A DNA stretch of 64,000 nucleotides from Verrucomicrobiota bacterium (GCA_039818205.1 JBCBUK010000004.1:168302-232301), one strand, 5' to 3'; positions 20,290-30,761 are shown, counted from the first letter of the stretch. Translations and numbers: made by a program. Notes: generated by a model not told the origin, from the sequence alone.

Positions 20290-21201
20290 CTATCCAAGCC
20301 GCAGTTTGTCCGCCAGTTCGACGGCGTTACCAAAGCTGGTGATGTCGGCTTCGCCTTTGCCGGCTAATCCAAATGCGGTGCCGTGGTCCGGGCTGGTACG
20401 GATGAAGGGGAGCCCGAGGGTGATGTTAACTGACTGCGCGAAATCAACGGATTTGAGTGGGGCAAGGCCCTGGTCGTGGTACAATGCAATCACGACGTCG
20501 AATTCTCCCTGCAGATGGCGCCAGAAGATCGTGTCACCGGGTTGGCAGGTGGAGAGTCCCGGGTAGTTTGCCCGAAGGCTGTCGAGAATTGGATCAATCA
20601 CGCCCTGTTCCTCGAAGCCCAGCAGACCGCCTTCGCCAGCGTGAGGGTTGAGACCGCAAACGCCGATTCTTGGCGGCTCCCGAGTTCCCAATCGCCGGGC
20701 GAGGAAGTCAGCATCTTTCACGGTTCGCAGCAACGACTCGTAGTTCAGGTGGTTGGGCACGTTGACGAGTGGCACGTGCCAGGTGGCTAGCACGATCCGC
20801 ATTTTGCCGCCACCAAACGCCATCGAGGGTTTGCCATGCCATTTTTCGGCGAAAAATTCCGTTTGGCCCGGGAAATTCCATCCAGCTCGCTCCATCCAAT
20901 GCTTGCTGACGGGGGCCGTCACGACGCCGCGGTAACGTCCCTGCCGGCATCCGTAGGCGGATTCTTCCAGCGCATCCAGGGCGATGACGGCGCCTTCGAC
21001 GGTGGGTTCACCTGGCACTGCGCGAAAGTTCGGGTCTCCAATTGGGTGGCAATTGGGGCATCCTACCTCGCGCAACCAGCTCTCGGGGCCAATGAGGCAG
21101 ATGTCTTTCTGACGGTCCCGGTTTTGGTTAACCCAGTCGTGGATGATTTCAGGTCCGACTCCGGCCGGGTCGCCGCAGGTGATGGCGAGTGGTTTAGGCA
21201 T
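20290..21201 (-). CDS. pdxA: 4-hydroxythreonine-4-phosphate dehydrogenase
   Basis: GDPAGVGPE, GLNPHAGE, YHDQGL and RTSPDHGTAF motifs; ATG 21201 avoids overlap with lpxA. Confidence 0.93.
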   Translation of the reverse strand: MPKPLAITCGDPAGVGPEIIHDWVNQNRDRQKDICLIGPESWLREVGCPNCHPIGDPNFRAVPGEPTVEGAVIALDALEESAYGCRQGRYRGVVTAPVSKHWMERAGWNFPGQTEFFAEKWHGKPSMAFGGGKMRIVLATWHVPLVNVPNHLNYESLLRTVKDADFLARRLGTREPPRIGVCGLNPHAGEGGLLGFEEQGVIDPILDSLRANYPGLSTCQPGDTIFWRHLQGEFDVVIALYHDQGLAPLKSVDFAQSVNITLGLPFIRTSPDHGTAFGLAGKGEADITSFGNAVELADKLRLG

Positions 21202-21208
21202 GGCAAAA

Positions 21209-21964
21209 CTAGGTTCGTTTGCGGGTGTAGCCGCGGCTATCCTCGAATTCAAAAAATGTAAGGAACTGTTTGCCGCGATCGGTCGTGGCCAAGCCCTCCT
21301 GGATGGCCTGGACGGCCTTGGTTTTTGGTGATCCCACCGGTTTGCTCAGGTAGACGGCTCGATAGCAGCGTTTAAGATCATTGATTTCTTCCGGGCTGAA
21401 GCCACGGCGTTTGAGGCCAATTAAGTTCAAACCGGCGACTTCATTCTCATTGGCAGCGGTTACGAACGGTGGCACGTCGTAGGTTATGCGGGCGACTCCG
21501 CCGATCATCGCACCTTCGCCAATGCGGCAGAATTGGTGCACGGCTGCATTGCCACCAATGAAAACATTGCTGCCAATTGTGACATGCCCACCGAGCAAAA
21601 CGCCGTTCGCTAAGACCACGCGGTCACCGATCTCGCAGTCATGGCCAACGTGAGAATTCGCCATGAGGAAGCAATTGGAGCCAACGACGGTATTTTTCCC
21701 GCTGTGGATTGAGCGGTTGATCGTGACCCCTTCGCGGATTCGGGTGTCGTGGCCAACCGTGACACCGCTATTCGTTGTGGGATCAAATTTCAGGTACTGC
21801 GGATCGCCACCGATGACTGCGAAATGGTCGATTTCAACCCCGTCACCCAAGGTAGTTCTGGATTTAACGACGGCAAATGGGGCAATCGTGGTATCCTTAC
21901 CGGCAGTGACGTTGGATTCAATGATCGCGCTGGGCGGAGCATTTCCAGTGGGGGAGTCCGACAT
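21209..21964 (-). CDS. lpxA: acyl-ACP--UDP-N-acetylglucosamine O-acyltransferase
   Basis: Hexapeptide repeats; IREGVTINR, SHVGHDC, VHQFCRIG and GLNLIGLKRRGF motifs. Confidence 0.92.
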   Translation of the reverse strand: MSDSPTGNAPPSAIIESNVTAGKDTTIAPFAVVKSRTTLGDGVEIDHFAVIGGDPQYLKFDPTTNSGVTVGHDTRIREGVTINRSIHSGKNTVVGSNCFLMANSHVGHDCEIGDRVVLANGVLLGGHVTIGSNVFIGGNAAVHQFCRIGEGAMIGGVARITYDVPPFVTAANENEVAGLNLIGLKRRGFSPEEINDLKRCYRAVYLSKPVGSPKTKAVQAIQEGLATTDRGKQFLTFFEFEDSRGYTRKRT

Positions 21965-22025
21965 AGAGCGCTGATCCTAGGCGTATTCTAGCGGGCTCAA
22001 AGCCAAAAAAGGGTGAGGGCGAAAA

Positions 22026-22499
22026 TTACTTCTTCCGCGCGAGTTTACACACGCGGTCGAACTCGCTTTTCGTCACCGGGGTGATCGAGAGCCGATTTCC
22101 TCGCTGGGCGACCCGCATCTCCGACAATTTGGAGTCAGCCTTGATCTCATCCAGACTGAGTGTGTCGGGGAAGGTTTCGACGTATTTGACGGTCACCATG
22201 CACCAGCGGGGATTGTCCGGAGATGCCTTTTCGTCAAAATAGTTGCTTTTGGGGTCCCAGGCTGAGGGGTCGGGGATCGCCTCGCCCACCACTTCTGCCA
22301 GACCCACCACGCCCGGGGTCTTACACCGTGAGTGGTAAAACAGGATTCCATCGCCAACCTGCATCTCATCCCGCATGAAATTGCGGGCCTGGTAGTTGCG
22401 AATACCATCCCATGGCTCCGTCTGGTTGGGACAATTGCTGAGGTCTTCCAAAGAGAAGGCATCAGGCTCACTCTTCATCAGCCAGTATTTTTTCGGCAT
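22026..22499 (-). CDS. EVE domain protein
   Basis: YWLMKSEP, WDGIRNYQARN and RLSITPV motifs. Confidence 0.95.
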   Translation of the reverse strand: MPKKYWLMKSEPDAFSLEDLSNCPNQTEPWDGIRNYQARNFMRDEMQVGDGILFYHSRCKTPGVVGLAEVVGEAIPDPSAWDPKSNYFDEKASPDNPRWCMVTVKYVETFPDTLSLDEIKADSKLSEMRVAQRGNRLSITPVTKSEFDRVCKLARKK

Positions 22500-22509
22500 A
22501 TGAGGATGA

Positions 22510-22749
22510 CTACTGGTCCTTTGGCGTTTCGTCAAACTCCGTGATTTGTTCTTCGGCCGCTTTCAGGTATTCTTCGACAACCCGTGCGAGGTTGTTGGCG
22601 ATTAGATTCTGGAAGTAAGGATCACCGGAACACCGTTTGGTGATCTCAGGGAATTGGTCGGCGGTGATATCGACCTCTAGTTTGCTGCGAAAGCCTCGTG
22701 ACGTTGGGGAGTCCAGGTTCATGACTCTTACTATGCAAACAGGTTCCAT
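22510..22749 (-). CDS. hypothetical 79-aa protein
   Basis: ATG-started ORF ending 10 nt before the EVE start; protein-like composition. Confidence 0.6.
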   Translation of the reverse strand: MEPVCIVRVMNLDSPTSRGFRSKLEVDITADQFPEITKRCSGDPYFQNLIANNLARVVEEYLKAAEEQITEFDETPKDQ

Positions 22750-22829
22750 TTTGCCAACAGGGTTTATACGAAATTCTTCAATAAAGGATTATTGTTTTTT
22801 GTGCTTGGTTTTGAGGTCCTGAAATCGCT

Positions 22830-22935
22830 TAAAATAAAGACCGCTCCCTCCAAATGGAGAAAGCGGCCATTAGTTTCTACCCCAAAACGTCCCTTGCGGG
22901 ACCTAACAAACTTCTACTCTCTAACACTGAAATTG
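22830..22935 (-). ncRNA. candidate sRNA or attenuating leader RNA
   Basis: Upstream TAGAAT element, GUCCC-GCAA-GGGAC tetraloop hairpin (22889-22902) and terminator GGCCGCUUUCUCC-AUUU-GGAGGGAGCGGUC-UUUAUUUU (22831-22868). Confidence 0.5.
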
Positions 22936-23152
22936 ACATATTCTAGCGGGCTGGGTTCCAAAAAAGATCATTTCAGGAACATAATTTTTCTGGTTAGTAA
23001 CTAGTTGTATCTAGGGTTACGGGCCGAGGTGCCGTTCGGGTGGAATATTTGGGTTTCTCATTAAGAAATTACCCAGAAATCGATGATTTAGGCGGCCTTT
23101 TCGTTATTTCGCCTTTTCATTGTCGGCGAAATCGCTTTTGCTGCGCGGCCTT

Positions 23153-24667
23153 ATGGCTAAAGCGAAAACCGCGATTTCACCCACCCGCCAGGAAAACTAC
23201 CCGGAGTGGTATCAGCAAGTGATTAAGGCAGCCGATATGGCTGAGAACTCATCGGTGCGCGGGTGCATGGTGATCAAGCCGTGGGGATTCACTCTCTGGG
23301 AAAACATCCAGCGGGTGCTCGACGACATGTTTAAGGCGACTGGCCACGTGAACGCATATTTCCCGCTGTTCATCCCAAAGAGCTACCTTGAGCGCGAGGC
23401 TAAGCACGTCGAAGGATTCGCGAAAGAATGTGCGGTGGTTACTCATTCTCGCCTGATCGATGACGGGGAGGGTGGCCTAAAGCCTGACGGCCAACTGGAA
23501 GAACCCCTGATCGTTCGCCCGACTTCCGAGACGATAATTGGAGCCAGCTACGCGAAATGGGTCCAGAGCTACCGCGATTTACCAATCTTGATCAACCAAT
23601 GGGCGAACGTCGTTCGCTGGGAGATGCGCACACGACTTTTCCTCCGCACCGCGGAATTCCTCTGGCAGGAAGGGCACACCGCGCACGCGACATCGGAGGA
23701 AGCCATGGAGGAGACCCGGCGCATGCTTGAGGTCTACGCTGATTTTGCCGAGAACTGGATGGCGATGCCAGTCATCAAGGGAGAGAAAACGGAGGGTGAA
23801 CGCTTTCCCGGGGCTGACCATACCTACTCGATTGAGGCGATGATGCAGGATCGGAAGGCGCTGCAGGCGGGCACGAGTCACTTCCTCGGGCAGAACTTTG
23901 CCAAGGGTTGCGGGATTCAATTTTTGAGTGAGGCAGGCGAGCAAGAGTATGCCTGGACCACTTCGTGGGGGGTATCGACCCGCTTGGTCGGTGGCTTGAT
24001 CATGACCCACTCCGATGATGATGGTCTGGTGTTGCCTCCAAAACTGGCACCTAAACAAATCATCATTCTCCCTGTATTGCATAAGGCGGAAGATCCTGGT
24101 GCGGTGCTGGAATATTGTACGACACTCAAGAGCGAACTTGAATCGCAGGTCTTTGCGAACCGTCCGATCCAGGTCGAGCTGGATAAGCGGGATCTGCGTG
24201 GGGGTGACAAGCGTTGGGAATGGATCAAGAAGGGGGCGCCGATCATTCTGGAAGTCGGCCCACGTGATATGGCGAAGGACGGTGTTTTTGCCTTCCGCCG
24301 CGACACCGGAGAGAAGCAAGGTGTGGCACGGGCCGAGTTTGTGGCAACCGCGATTGCGCGACTCACTGAGATCCAGGACAATTTGTTCCAACGCGCGGTC
24401 GACTATCGCGACGCGAATACCCGACGGATCGATTCAAAGGAAGAGTTTATCGAATACTTTAAGGCGGAAAATCCGGACAAGCCCGAGATCCACGGTGGTT
24501 TTGCCCTGGCACATTGGGGTGGGGGAGCCGAGGAGGAGGACGCGTTGGCCAAAGAATACAAGGTTACAATCCGTTGTGTGCCCTTGGAGGGCGACGACGA
24601 GCCCGGGACTTGCCCCTTTACAGGCCGTCCCAGCGCCAAACGCGTTGTCTTTGCCAAATCCTACTAG
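23153..24667 (+). CDS. proS: proline--tRNA ligase (eukaryote/archaea-like type)
   Basis: VRPTSETII, QWANVVRWE, EFLWQEGHT, QAGTSHFLGQNF and terminal FAKSY. Confidence 0.97.
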   Translation: MAKAKTAISPTRQENYPEWYQQVIKAADMAENSSVRGCMVIKPWGFTLWENIQRVLDDMFKATGHVNAYFPLFIPKSYLEREAKHVEGFAKECAVVTHSRLIDDGEGGLKPDGQLEEPLIVRPTSETIIGASYAKWVQSYRDLPILINQWANVVRWEMRTRLFLRTAEFLWQEGHTAHATSEEAMEETRRMLEVYADFAENWMAMPVIKGEKTEGERFPGADHTYSIEAMMQDRKALQAGTSHFLGQNFAKGCGIQFLSEAGEQEYAWTTSWGVSTRLVGGLIMTHSDDDGLVLPPKLAPKQIIILPVLHKAEDPGAVLEYCTTLKSELESQVFANRPIQVELDKRDLRGGDKRWEWIKKGAPIILEVGPRDMAKDGVFAFRRDTGEKQGVARAEFVATAIARLTEIQDNLFQRAVDYRDANTRRIDSKEEFIEYFKAENPDKPEIHGGFALAHWGGGAEEEDALAKEYKVTIRCVPLEGDDEPGTCPFTGRPSAKRVVFAKSY

Positions 24668-24674
24668 GGCTCGC

Positions 24675-25457
24675 CTAGCGGCGGATAAACGCTCGACCCT
24701 TGATGACCACTGGGTGTCGCATCCCTTCGGTCAGGAACGCGTGACCGCTTCGAACCGCATTCGCCATGCCTTGCCCATTCGCAAGGTTGGCGGTTATCGC
24801 GGCGGAAAGCGTGCATCCGCTGCCGTGGGTATCGACACCATGGATTCGCGTGCTGGAAATTCGCTCCATTTTCCCGTCCGCCGAAACTAGCAAGTCTTGG
24901 ATTTGATCGGATGCGAGGTGGCCACCTTTCAACAGGACCGCCGTTCCATAGTCTCGAGCAAGCGTCTGGGTGGCGGATTCCATGTCCTCAATTGTCTCCG
25001 GCCGTTGACCCAGCAGCACACCAGCCTCATCCAGATTGGGCGTGATCAGTGTGGCCAGCGGCAGGAGTTCCTGCTTGAGGGTTTGGATTGCATCTTCTTG
25101 AAGTAGGCGAGCACCGCTGGTCGAGACCATGACGGGGTCGACGACGAGCGGGATTTCGTTTTCGCGGATAAATGCGGCGGTGGTTCGGATCAGCGAATCG
25201 GAAAAAAGCATGCCGGTCTTTGCGGCGCGGATAGGGAAATAGTCGATTAGCTGCATGAGTTGCGCTTGGAGAAACTCAGGTGGTAGTTCGTGGATCGCCG
25301 AGACGCCCTCTGGGTTTTGTGCCGTGAGAGCCGCAAAGGCGGAAACACCGAAGCAGTTGCACTGTCTAAAGGTGAGTAGGTCGGCTTGAATGCCCGCGCC
25401 ACCTCCACTGTCGCTCGTTGCAATCGTCAGGGCGACAGGAGTTTCGGTAATTTCCAT
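24675..25457 (-). CDS. thiD: hydroxymethylpyrimidine/phosphomethylpyrimidine kinase
   Basis: SDSGGGAGIQADL, VVDPVM, LKGGH and THGSGCTLSAAI motifs. Confidence 0.95.
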   Translation of the reverse strand: MEITETPVALTIATSDSGGGAGIQADLLTFRQCNCFGVSAFAALTAQNPEGVSAIHELPPEFLQAQLMQLIDYFPIRAAKTGMLFSDSLIRTTAAFIRENEIPLVVDPVMVSTSGARLLQEDAIQTLKQELLPLATLITPNLDEAGVLLGQRPETIEDMESATQTLARDYGTAVLLKGGHLASDQIQDLLVSADGKMERISSTRIHGVDTHGSGCTLSAAITANLANGQGMANAVRSGHAFLTEGMRHPVVIKGRAFIRR

Positions 25458-25742
25458 TTTTCCTTGCACTATTTGTTCGATACAGGGGTTAAGCGATTGA
25501 TACCAGGTGATAATCGAGGGCTTGCATTCTTTTGACCAGAATGTTCAAGCAATGATTTTCCCACACTCAACCGGTAAATTTTTCGGAGCTAGTCTGCGCA
25601 CCTTAACCCGCATGGACAAAAGTCCGTTTACCCTTAAGGAAAAAAGCTTGTCATTACCCGGTAAGTGTTTGTTCTTTCGATCTTTTAAATCGTGGCGCTT
25701 TGCCGCTGAAACACAATTTTTGAACATACCCTCATTATAATC

Positions 25743-28700
25743 GTGCGGAAATTGTTACAACGTTCTGCCTATTTTTTTGCGTTTTGGATGCTGGTTGGTT
25801 TGGCCCCCGTTGCCAAGGCTCAGGATCCAACCTCCATGACACTTTCCAACCTGTTGGAAACGGCTACCGGGATGGTAGATTCGCAGGAATACCTCGCGGC
25901 TCGGCCCTTTCTGACGGAGCTGGTGACGCGGATGTCGGACCTGCCTGAGTCCGAGCGAGGAAGTCTGGAAAATATTTATTTGTATCTAGCGATTGGCTAT
26001 CTCGTTGAGTATTCCCAGTCCGGTGATAGCGGAAATCTAAATGGCGCGCTGACTTGGTTGGAACGACTGAACAAAGAATTTCCAAACGGTCAGTTTGTGG
26101 TGCGCTCGCACCTCTTTATGGCAGACTGTTACCGCGGTTTGCAGCAGTTCAATCGAGCTGCGGATGTCTACGAGAAGATGTTGGCTCCGCCCATTGAAGG
26201 CCGGATGAATAGTTCTGAGCGCGCGGAAGTTTTGAAGAAACTTGCCGAAGCTCTTTATGTTACGCGTTCCTGGCAGCGAGGCTTGAAGTGGTTCCGCATG
26301 TATTTGGACGAGTCGCAAAGCCCGGACGATCGCGCGCTTGCTGCCGCCGCACTGCTTGAGGCGAACATCAATCTCCAGAATTACGACGACGCCTTGGCCT
26401 ACTTGCGCTTCCTGATTGGTGAATCGCCGGCGCGTTACAAGTTGCAGCTCAACGTCGCGTTGATCGATGCCGGGGACAAGCTAGCCAATGAAAAACGCTA
26501 TGCGGAAGCCATGCTCATGTATCGCATGGTATTGACGGTTGACGAAATCATTGAGTGGCAAAACGCCCACCTGAATAGTTTGGAAAAGCAACTTGAGCGC
26601 CTTCGTCTGATCACGAGCGATCGCAACAATGAGCGCGCAATCCAACTGGAAACGGAAATTTTTAATACCAAAGCGCAGCTTGAGGCACTTGACACGCTTG
26701 AGCCCTACACGGCTGCGCTGAAGGTTCGCATCGCGCGTAATTACCTCCTTACCTACCGCGATTGGGAATCATTTTACGCTTACATGATCATCATCGAGGA
26801 GTATCCTGATCATGAAAACTACGAGGATTTCCTTTACGCTGCATTTTCTGGCGCTGCCAAGGTCGGCAAGGGTGAATCGGTCATCGAGCTAGGTGAGCGG
26901 TATTTGGAGAATGAAGACTTCCTGAACTACCGCGATGACGTCATCGTCAAACTACTTGAATACTATCGTGACCGTCAGGATTTCGACGAATTTTTCTATC
27001 TCGCGAAGAGTTTTGTGACCGAGAGCCCGGAGTCTGATTTTGCGTCGTCCGTCATCTTTTTGATGGGATCGACTTATGCCCAGCTGAATCGATTCCAGGA
27101 GATGATCGATCAGTTCCAGACTTGGGAGAAAGCTTACCCGAACACCAAGATGGATCCAGGTCTGTTTTATTGGATCGGTTTGGGGATGATCCTCGAAAGC
27201 GACTACGAAGGCGCTTGGGAATACTTTAACCGAGTCGTTAACGACTTTCCGAACAACGTGTATGCACAGGACTCCCTTTACCGGCGCGGTATCTGTTACA
27301 TGGGCTTCGAGGAGTATGACGCGGCCAAGCGTGATTTTGACGAATACGTTCGCAAGTACCCGGACACACCACTTCGCGGAGAGGTTGAGTACTTCCTCGG
27401 TGAGATTGAATCTGCTCTGGGTAACGTTCAGTCCGCCCTCAAGCACTACAACAACGTTGAAAAATACACCGACAATATCGCATTCATTCAGAATGCATAT
27501 TTCCAGATGGGTGTCTTGTTGGAAGCCAACAAGCAATACTCTGAAATGGCAGATGTCTTTTTGCGGTTCATCGATCGGTTCGCAGACCAAGGTGAGCTCA
27601 CAGGCGCGATTTTCCAGCTAGGCCGTGCCTACGAACTCGACCTGAAACCGCACTTGGCGCTCGAGCAGTATGTTGAGGCAATTGAGGAGTTCGGTGACGA
27701 CCCTTACACCTACGGTTTGGACGACATTCTGAAGGCTCACCCAGAAAAATACTATTTGAACCAACAGCTGCTCGCCGAAAATATTGATTTGCTGAACAAA
27801 CTCTACAACGACCGGGATTTCCGTGAGAAGATCAACCAGGATCGCCAGTGGCTGTTCAACTATATCGCGGACAAGCCGTTGATTCGCGAAAATATCAAAC
27901 GGGCGCTCTATCAGGCGGAGTATCGCGCGAACTTGGTTGATAATCCTGAGATTTTGGACGAGTGGATTCAGGAGTTTAATGAACTCCAAGCAGTTTTTCC
28001 GGAAGAAACGCCGGAGGAACTCTTCACTGCGATGTATGAGGAGGCGCGTGAAAACGCCGAGGAGACATTGGCGCTGCGTCTACAGTTTGCGATCGATCAG
28101 TTGGGCAATGATGTTGATCCGGACCGGATCTTTACCGAGGACGACTTTTTCTATGCCAGTCCGGTTGTTCTTATTTGGATCGGTAAGCGCTTGGAGCGCT
28201 ATGATCGTAATGCGTCCCGTTCAGCTTACGAGCTTGTGATCACAGACCACCCGGAATCCGACCAAGTATTCAATGCCCTGGTTGCATTGGGCGATCTCGA
28301 CTTTGAAGACGGCGAGGTAGATGAGGCACTGATCAAATACCAGCTGGCTGAAGCGGAGTATCCGACTCACGTGAACATGGTCGATACGCTGATGAAGCAG
28401 GGGAACGCCTACAATTCTTTACGCGAGTATGACTTTGCTCGGGAGAAGTTCCGCGAAGTCGTTGGTAATCGTGATTGGCGAGGTGAGATTCACGCTGAGG
28501 CACTTTTCAAAATTGGAGATTCGTTCATGCAGCAAGGCCAGCTAAAGCAAGCCCAAGCTTTTTATGAGCGCGTCTATATCGGTTACCCTATCTACATCGA
28601 TTGGGCCTCCAATTCCTATTTGGAGAGTGGAAAGATTCTCATTCAGTTGGGCTTGAAAGACCAAGCCCGAGAGGTGTTTGATGAGTTTTTGGCTAATGAT

Positions 28701-28757
28701 TCCTACGAAGACACCGACGCCTATCCAGAAATTAAGCAACTCCGCGGTACCCTATAA
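25743..28757 (+). CDS. large exported tetratricopeptide-repeat protein
   Basis: Signal peptide; many TPR-like units (e.g. SLYRRGICYMGFEEYDAAKRDFDEYVRKYP). Confidence 0.88.
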   Translation: MRKLLQRSAYFFAFWMLVGLAPVAKAQDPTSMTLSNLLETATGMVDSQEYLAARPFLTELVTRMSDLPESERGSLENIYLYLAIGYLVEYSQSGDSGNLNGALTWLERLNKEFPNGQFVVRSHLFMADCYRGLQQFNRAADVYEKMLAPPIEGRMNSSERAEVLKKLAEALYVTRSWQRGLKWFRMYLDESQSPDDRALAAAALLEANINLQNYDDALAYLRFLIGESPARYKLQLNVALIDAGDKLANEKRYAEAMLMYRMVLTVDEIIEWQNAHLNSLEKQLERLRLITSDRNNERAIQLETEIFNTKAQLEALDTLEPYTAALKVRIARNYLLTYRDWESFYAYMIIIEEYPDHENYEDFLYAAFSGAAKVGKGESVIELGERYLENEDFLNYRDDVIVKLLEYYRDRQDFDEFFYLAKSFVTESPESDFASSVIFLMGSTYAQLNRFQEMIDQFQTWEKAYPNTKMDPGLFYWIGLGMILESDYEGAWEYFNRVVNDFPNNVYAQDSLYRRGICYMGFEEYDAAKRDFDEYVRKYPDTPLRGEVEYFLGEIESALGNVQSALKHYNNVEKYTDNIAFIQNAYFQMGVLLEANKQYSEMADVFLRFIDRFADQGELTGAIFQLGRAYELDLKPHLALEQYVEAIEEFGDDPYTYGLDDILKAHPEKYYLNQQLLAENIDLLNKLYNDRDFREKINQDRQWLFNYIADKPLIRENIKRALYQAEYRANLVDNPEILDEWIQEFNELQAVFPEETPEELFTAMYEEARENAEETLALRLQFAIDQLGNDVDPDRIFTEDDFFYASPVVLIWIGKRLERYDRNASRSAYELVITDHPESDQVFNALVALGDLDFEDGEVDEALIKYQLAEAEYPTHVNMVDTLMKQGNAYNSLREYDFAREKFREVVGNRDWRGEIHAEALFKIGDSFMQQGQLKQAQAFYERVYIGYPIYIDWASNSYLESGKILIQLGLKDQAREVFDEFLANDSYEDTDAYPEIKQLRGTL

Positions 28758-29887
28758 TGAAAGCCTACTTTAGTATCTTTGCTCTCGTCAGCCTATTGCT
28801 TTCCAGCGGTCTCTTCGCGCAGCAGGACGGCTCGCAGTATTATGGATTGTATGCGGGGAAGCCGGTTAAGGTAATCAACCGCACGGCGGGGTCCCAGCGC
28901 ACCGGTGAGCTGTATCTGGTCGGGGTCGACCGTGGTGATCTGTTGCTAAGCGTGAATCCCAACCAGACGCTTGGTGGCCAGATTGGCCTGCCGATCGACA
29001 CGCAAGGTTTGAATCTTCAAGTGGTCTTCCCAAATACGGTTGTGGAAGCCATTAACGATATCAACACCGGTAACTACGAAAAGGGAATCGCGGTCTTGCG
29101 TCCCATGGTTTACCCGTTGCTGGCCTACCTGAAAATTCCAGAAGATAGCATCAATATCCACAAGGTCGTTGAGCGTTACCTCTACGCATTGGTTAACAGC
29201 AATGGAAATGAGGTAGAAGCGGCCGAGATTATTCGTCGATTGCCGCTCAATGAGATCCCGCCGGCGTTTACGGTCAATTCGCTTGTATTCGTTTCCAAGT
29301 TTGTGGAGATGGGCAATAAGGAAGAGGCGCTTCGTTTGCTCAATCGTATCCCAATGGATCCCAAGAATCCTCGGATGCTGGACCTTGTGCTGCAGTTTGC
29401 GAATGATTTGCGTTCCTCCGAAAACTACGACGAAGCCCTACTGTTATATGATCGCCTTCAAAGTGCCAAGGGTACTGAGCAGGCAACTCTTGCGACATTA
29501 TGGAGCGCCTATTGCAACGTGGCACTCGATCGGTTTCAGATCGCCAACTTGTTTGTCGAAAAAGCCGGAGATTTTAAACCAGAGGACAAGCCTTATTCGC
29601 TAGCTCGCCTGGTCCAAGGAAAGATTGAACTTCAGAAAATGGACTTCCCGAAAGCCATGGAGTTTATCGCCGAGGGTGTCGTAGCGACCGATGTTGGTTA
29701 CAACTGGGCTCCAGAACTGACCTTTACCGTTGGCTACTGCTACGAAAATATGGACTTCCCGGATACCGCTCGTGAGGTATACAAGGAAGTGATTCTCTTC
29801 TATCCCGACTCGATATGGTCCACCGAAGCTGAAGAAGCGACCCTGCGTCTTCCCCCACCTGCACCTCGCGAAGAACCCGGTGCCTAG
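28757..29887 (+). CDS. exported TPR-like protein
   Basis: Signal peptide; helical repeats; C-terminal AREVYKEVILFYPDSIW; TAATG overlap. Confidence 0.8.
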   Translation: MKAYFSIFALVSLLLSSGLFAQQDGSQYYGLYAGKPVKVINRTAGSQRTGELYLVGVDRGDLLLSVNPNQTLGGQIGLPIDTQGLNLQVVFPNTVVEAINDINTGNYEKGIAVLRPMVYPLLAYLKIPEDSINIHKVVERYLYALVNSNGNEVEAAEIIRRLPLNEIPPAFTVNSLVFVSKFVEMGNKEEALRLLNRIPMDPKNPRMLDLVLQFANDLRSSENYDEALLLYDRLQSAKGTEQATLATLWSAYCNVALDRFQIANLFVEKAGDFKPEDKPYSLARLVQGKIELQKMDFPKAMEFIAEGVVATDVGYNWAPELTFTVGYCYENMDFPDTAREVYKEVILFYPDSIWSTEAEEATLRLPPPAPREEPGA

Positions 29888-29932
29888 ATTCCTTAATTCT
29901 CAGACTCTAATACTCTCAATCCAATCATTGTA

Positions 29933-30721
29933 ATGCACAATATCCGAAAATTCATCCTCTTGTTGAGCCTTGGCCTGGCGCTGTTCGCCGGCATGACCCC
30001 GACTACTTGGGCGCAGGATAACCCACCGGCGGAAACTGCAGCCGCCGAAGAAGCTGCCGAGGGCGCCGCTGAAACAGGAGAAGGCTTGAGCGTCATGACC
30101 TTGTTTAAGGCTGGTGGTCTCGCCATGTATGCTTTGCTCTTCCTCTCGATTTGCGCATTCGGTTTGATCATCTACAACTTCATGATGATCCGCGAGAAGG
30201 TCTTCTTGCGTCCTGACCTGGTTGATCAGATCAAACCAGTCATGGGGAATCTCCAGTTCGACAAGGCTCGCCAGCTTTGTGACGAGAATCCATCGGTCGT
30301 GACCAACATCATCTACTCGGGTCTGGACCGGGTTGATCCTGAGAATTTTGACCCCGAGGCGATTAAGGAAGCCATGGAAGAGTCTTCCACCGAGGAGTTA
30401 GCGGCACCATTCGTGATGATTAACTACTTGTCCCTGATTGCCACGCTGTCTCCAATGGTTGGACTGCTCGGAACCGTTTCCGGTATGATTAAGGCCTTCC
30501 GCGCTATCGCGTCGCAGGGTATGGGTCAACCGCAGGCACTCGCAGACTATATTTCTGAGGCTTTGATTACCACGGCTTCAGGTCTGATCGTTGCGATCCC
30601 AGCCATGTTCTTCTTTTTCTTCTTCAAGAACAAATACGGTAAGATCGCTTCCAGCGTTTCGAAGCTCGTTGGTGATGTCTTCTTCGACATGCTGCGTGGC
30701 CTCCGCCGTCACCAAGGTTAA
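29933..30721 (+). CDS. MotA/TolQ/ExbB proton-channel protein with signal peptide
   Basis: SPMVGLLGTVSGMIKAF and ISEALITTASGLIVAIP motifs. Confidence 0.95.
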   Translation: MHNIRKFILLLSLGLALFAGMTPTTWAQDNPPAETAAAEEAAEGAAETGEGLSVMTLFKAGGLAMYALLFLSICAFGLIIYNFMMIREKVFLRPDLVDQIKPVMGNLQFDKARQLCDENPSVVTNIIYSGLDRVDPENFDPEAIKEAMEESSTEELAAPFVMINYLSLIATLSPMVGLLGTVSGMIKAFRAIASQGMGQPQALADYISEALITTASGLIVAIPAMFFFFFFKNKYGKIASSVSKLVGDVFFDMLRGLRRHQG

Positions 30722-30761
30722 TTGCATTAGTTGATTGAAACTTGATTAAGGACCACCGCCA

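Noticed and set aside
9027..24890. Long alternative ORFs (e.g. 9027-9587, 10179-11021, 15209-16051, 23579-24391, 24015-24890)
   Set aside because: They are antisense or off-frame shadows of confidently identified genes in moderately GC-rich DNA, with no recognisable motifs.
25458..25742. TPP riboswitch upstream of thiD
   Set aside because: No CTGAGA/ACCTGA core motifs in riboswitch arrangement on the minus strand.
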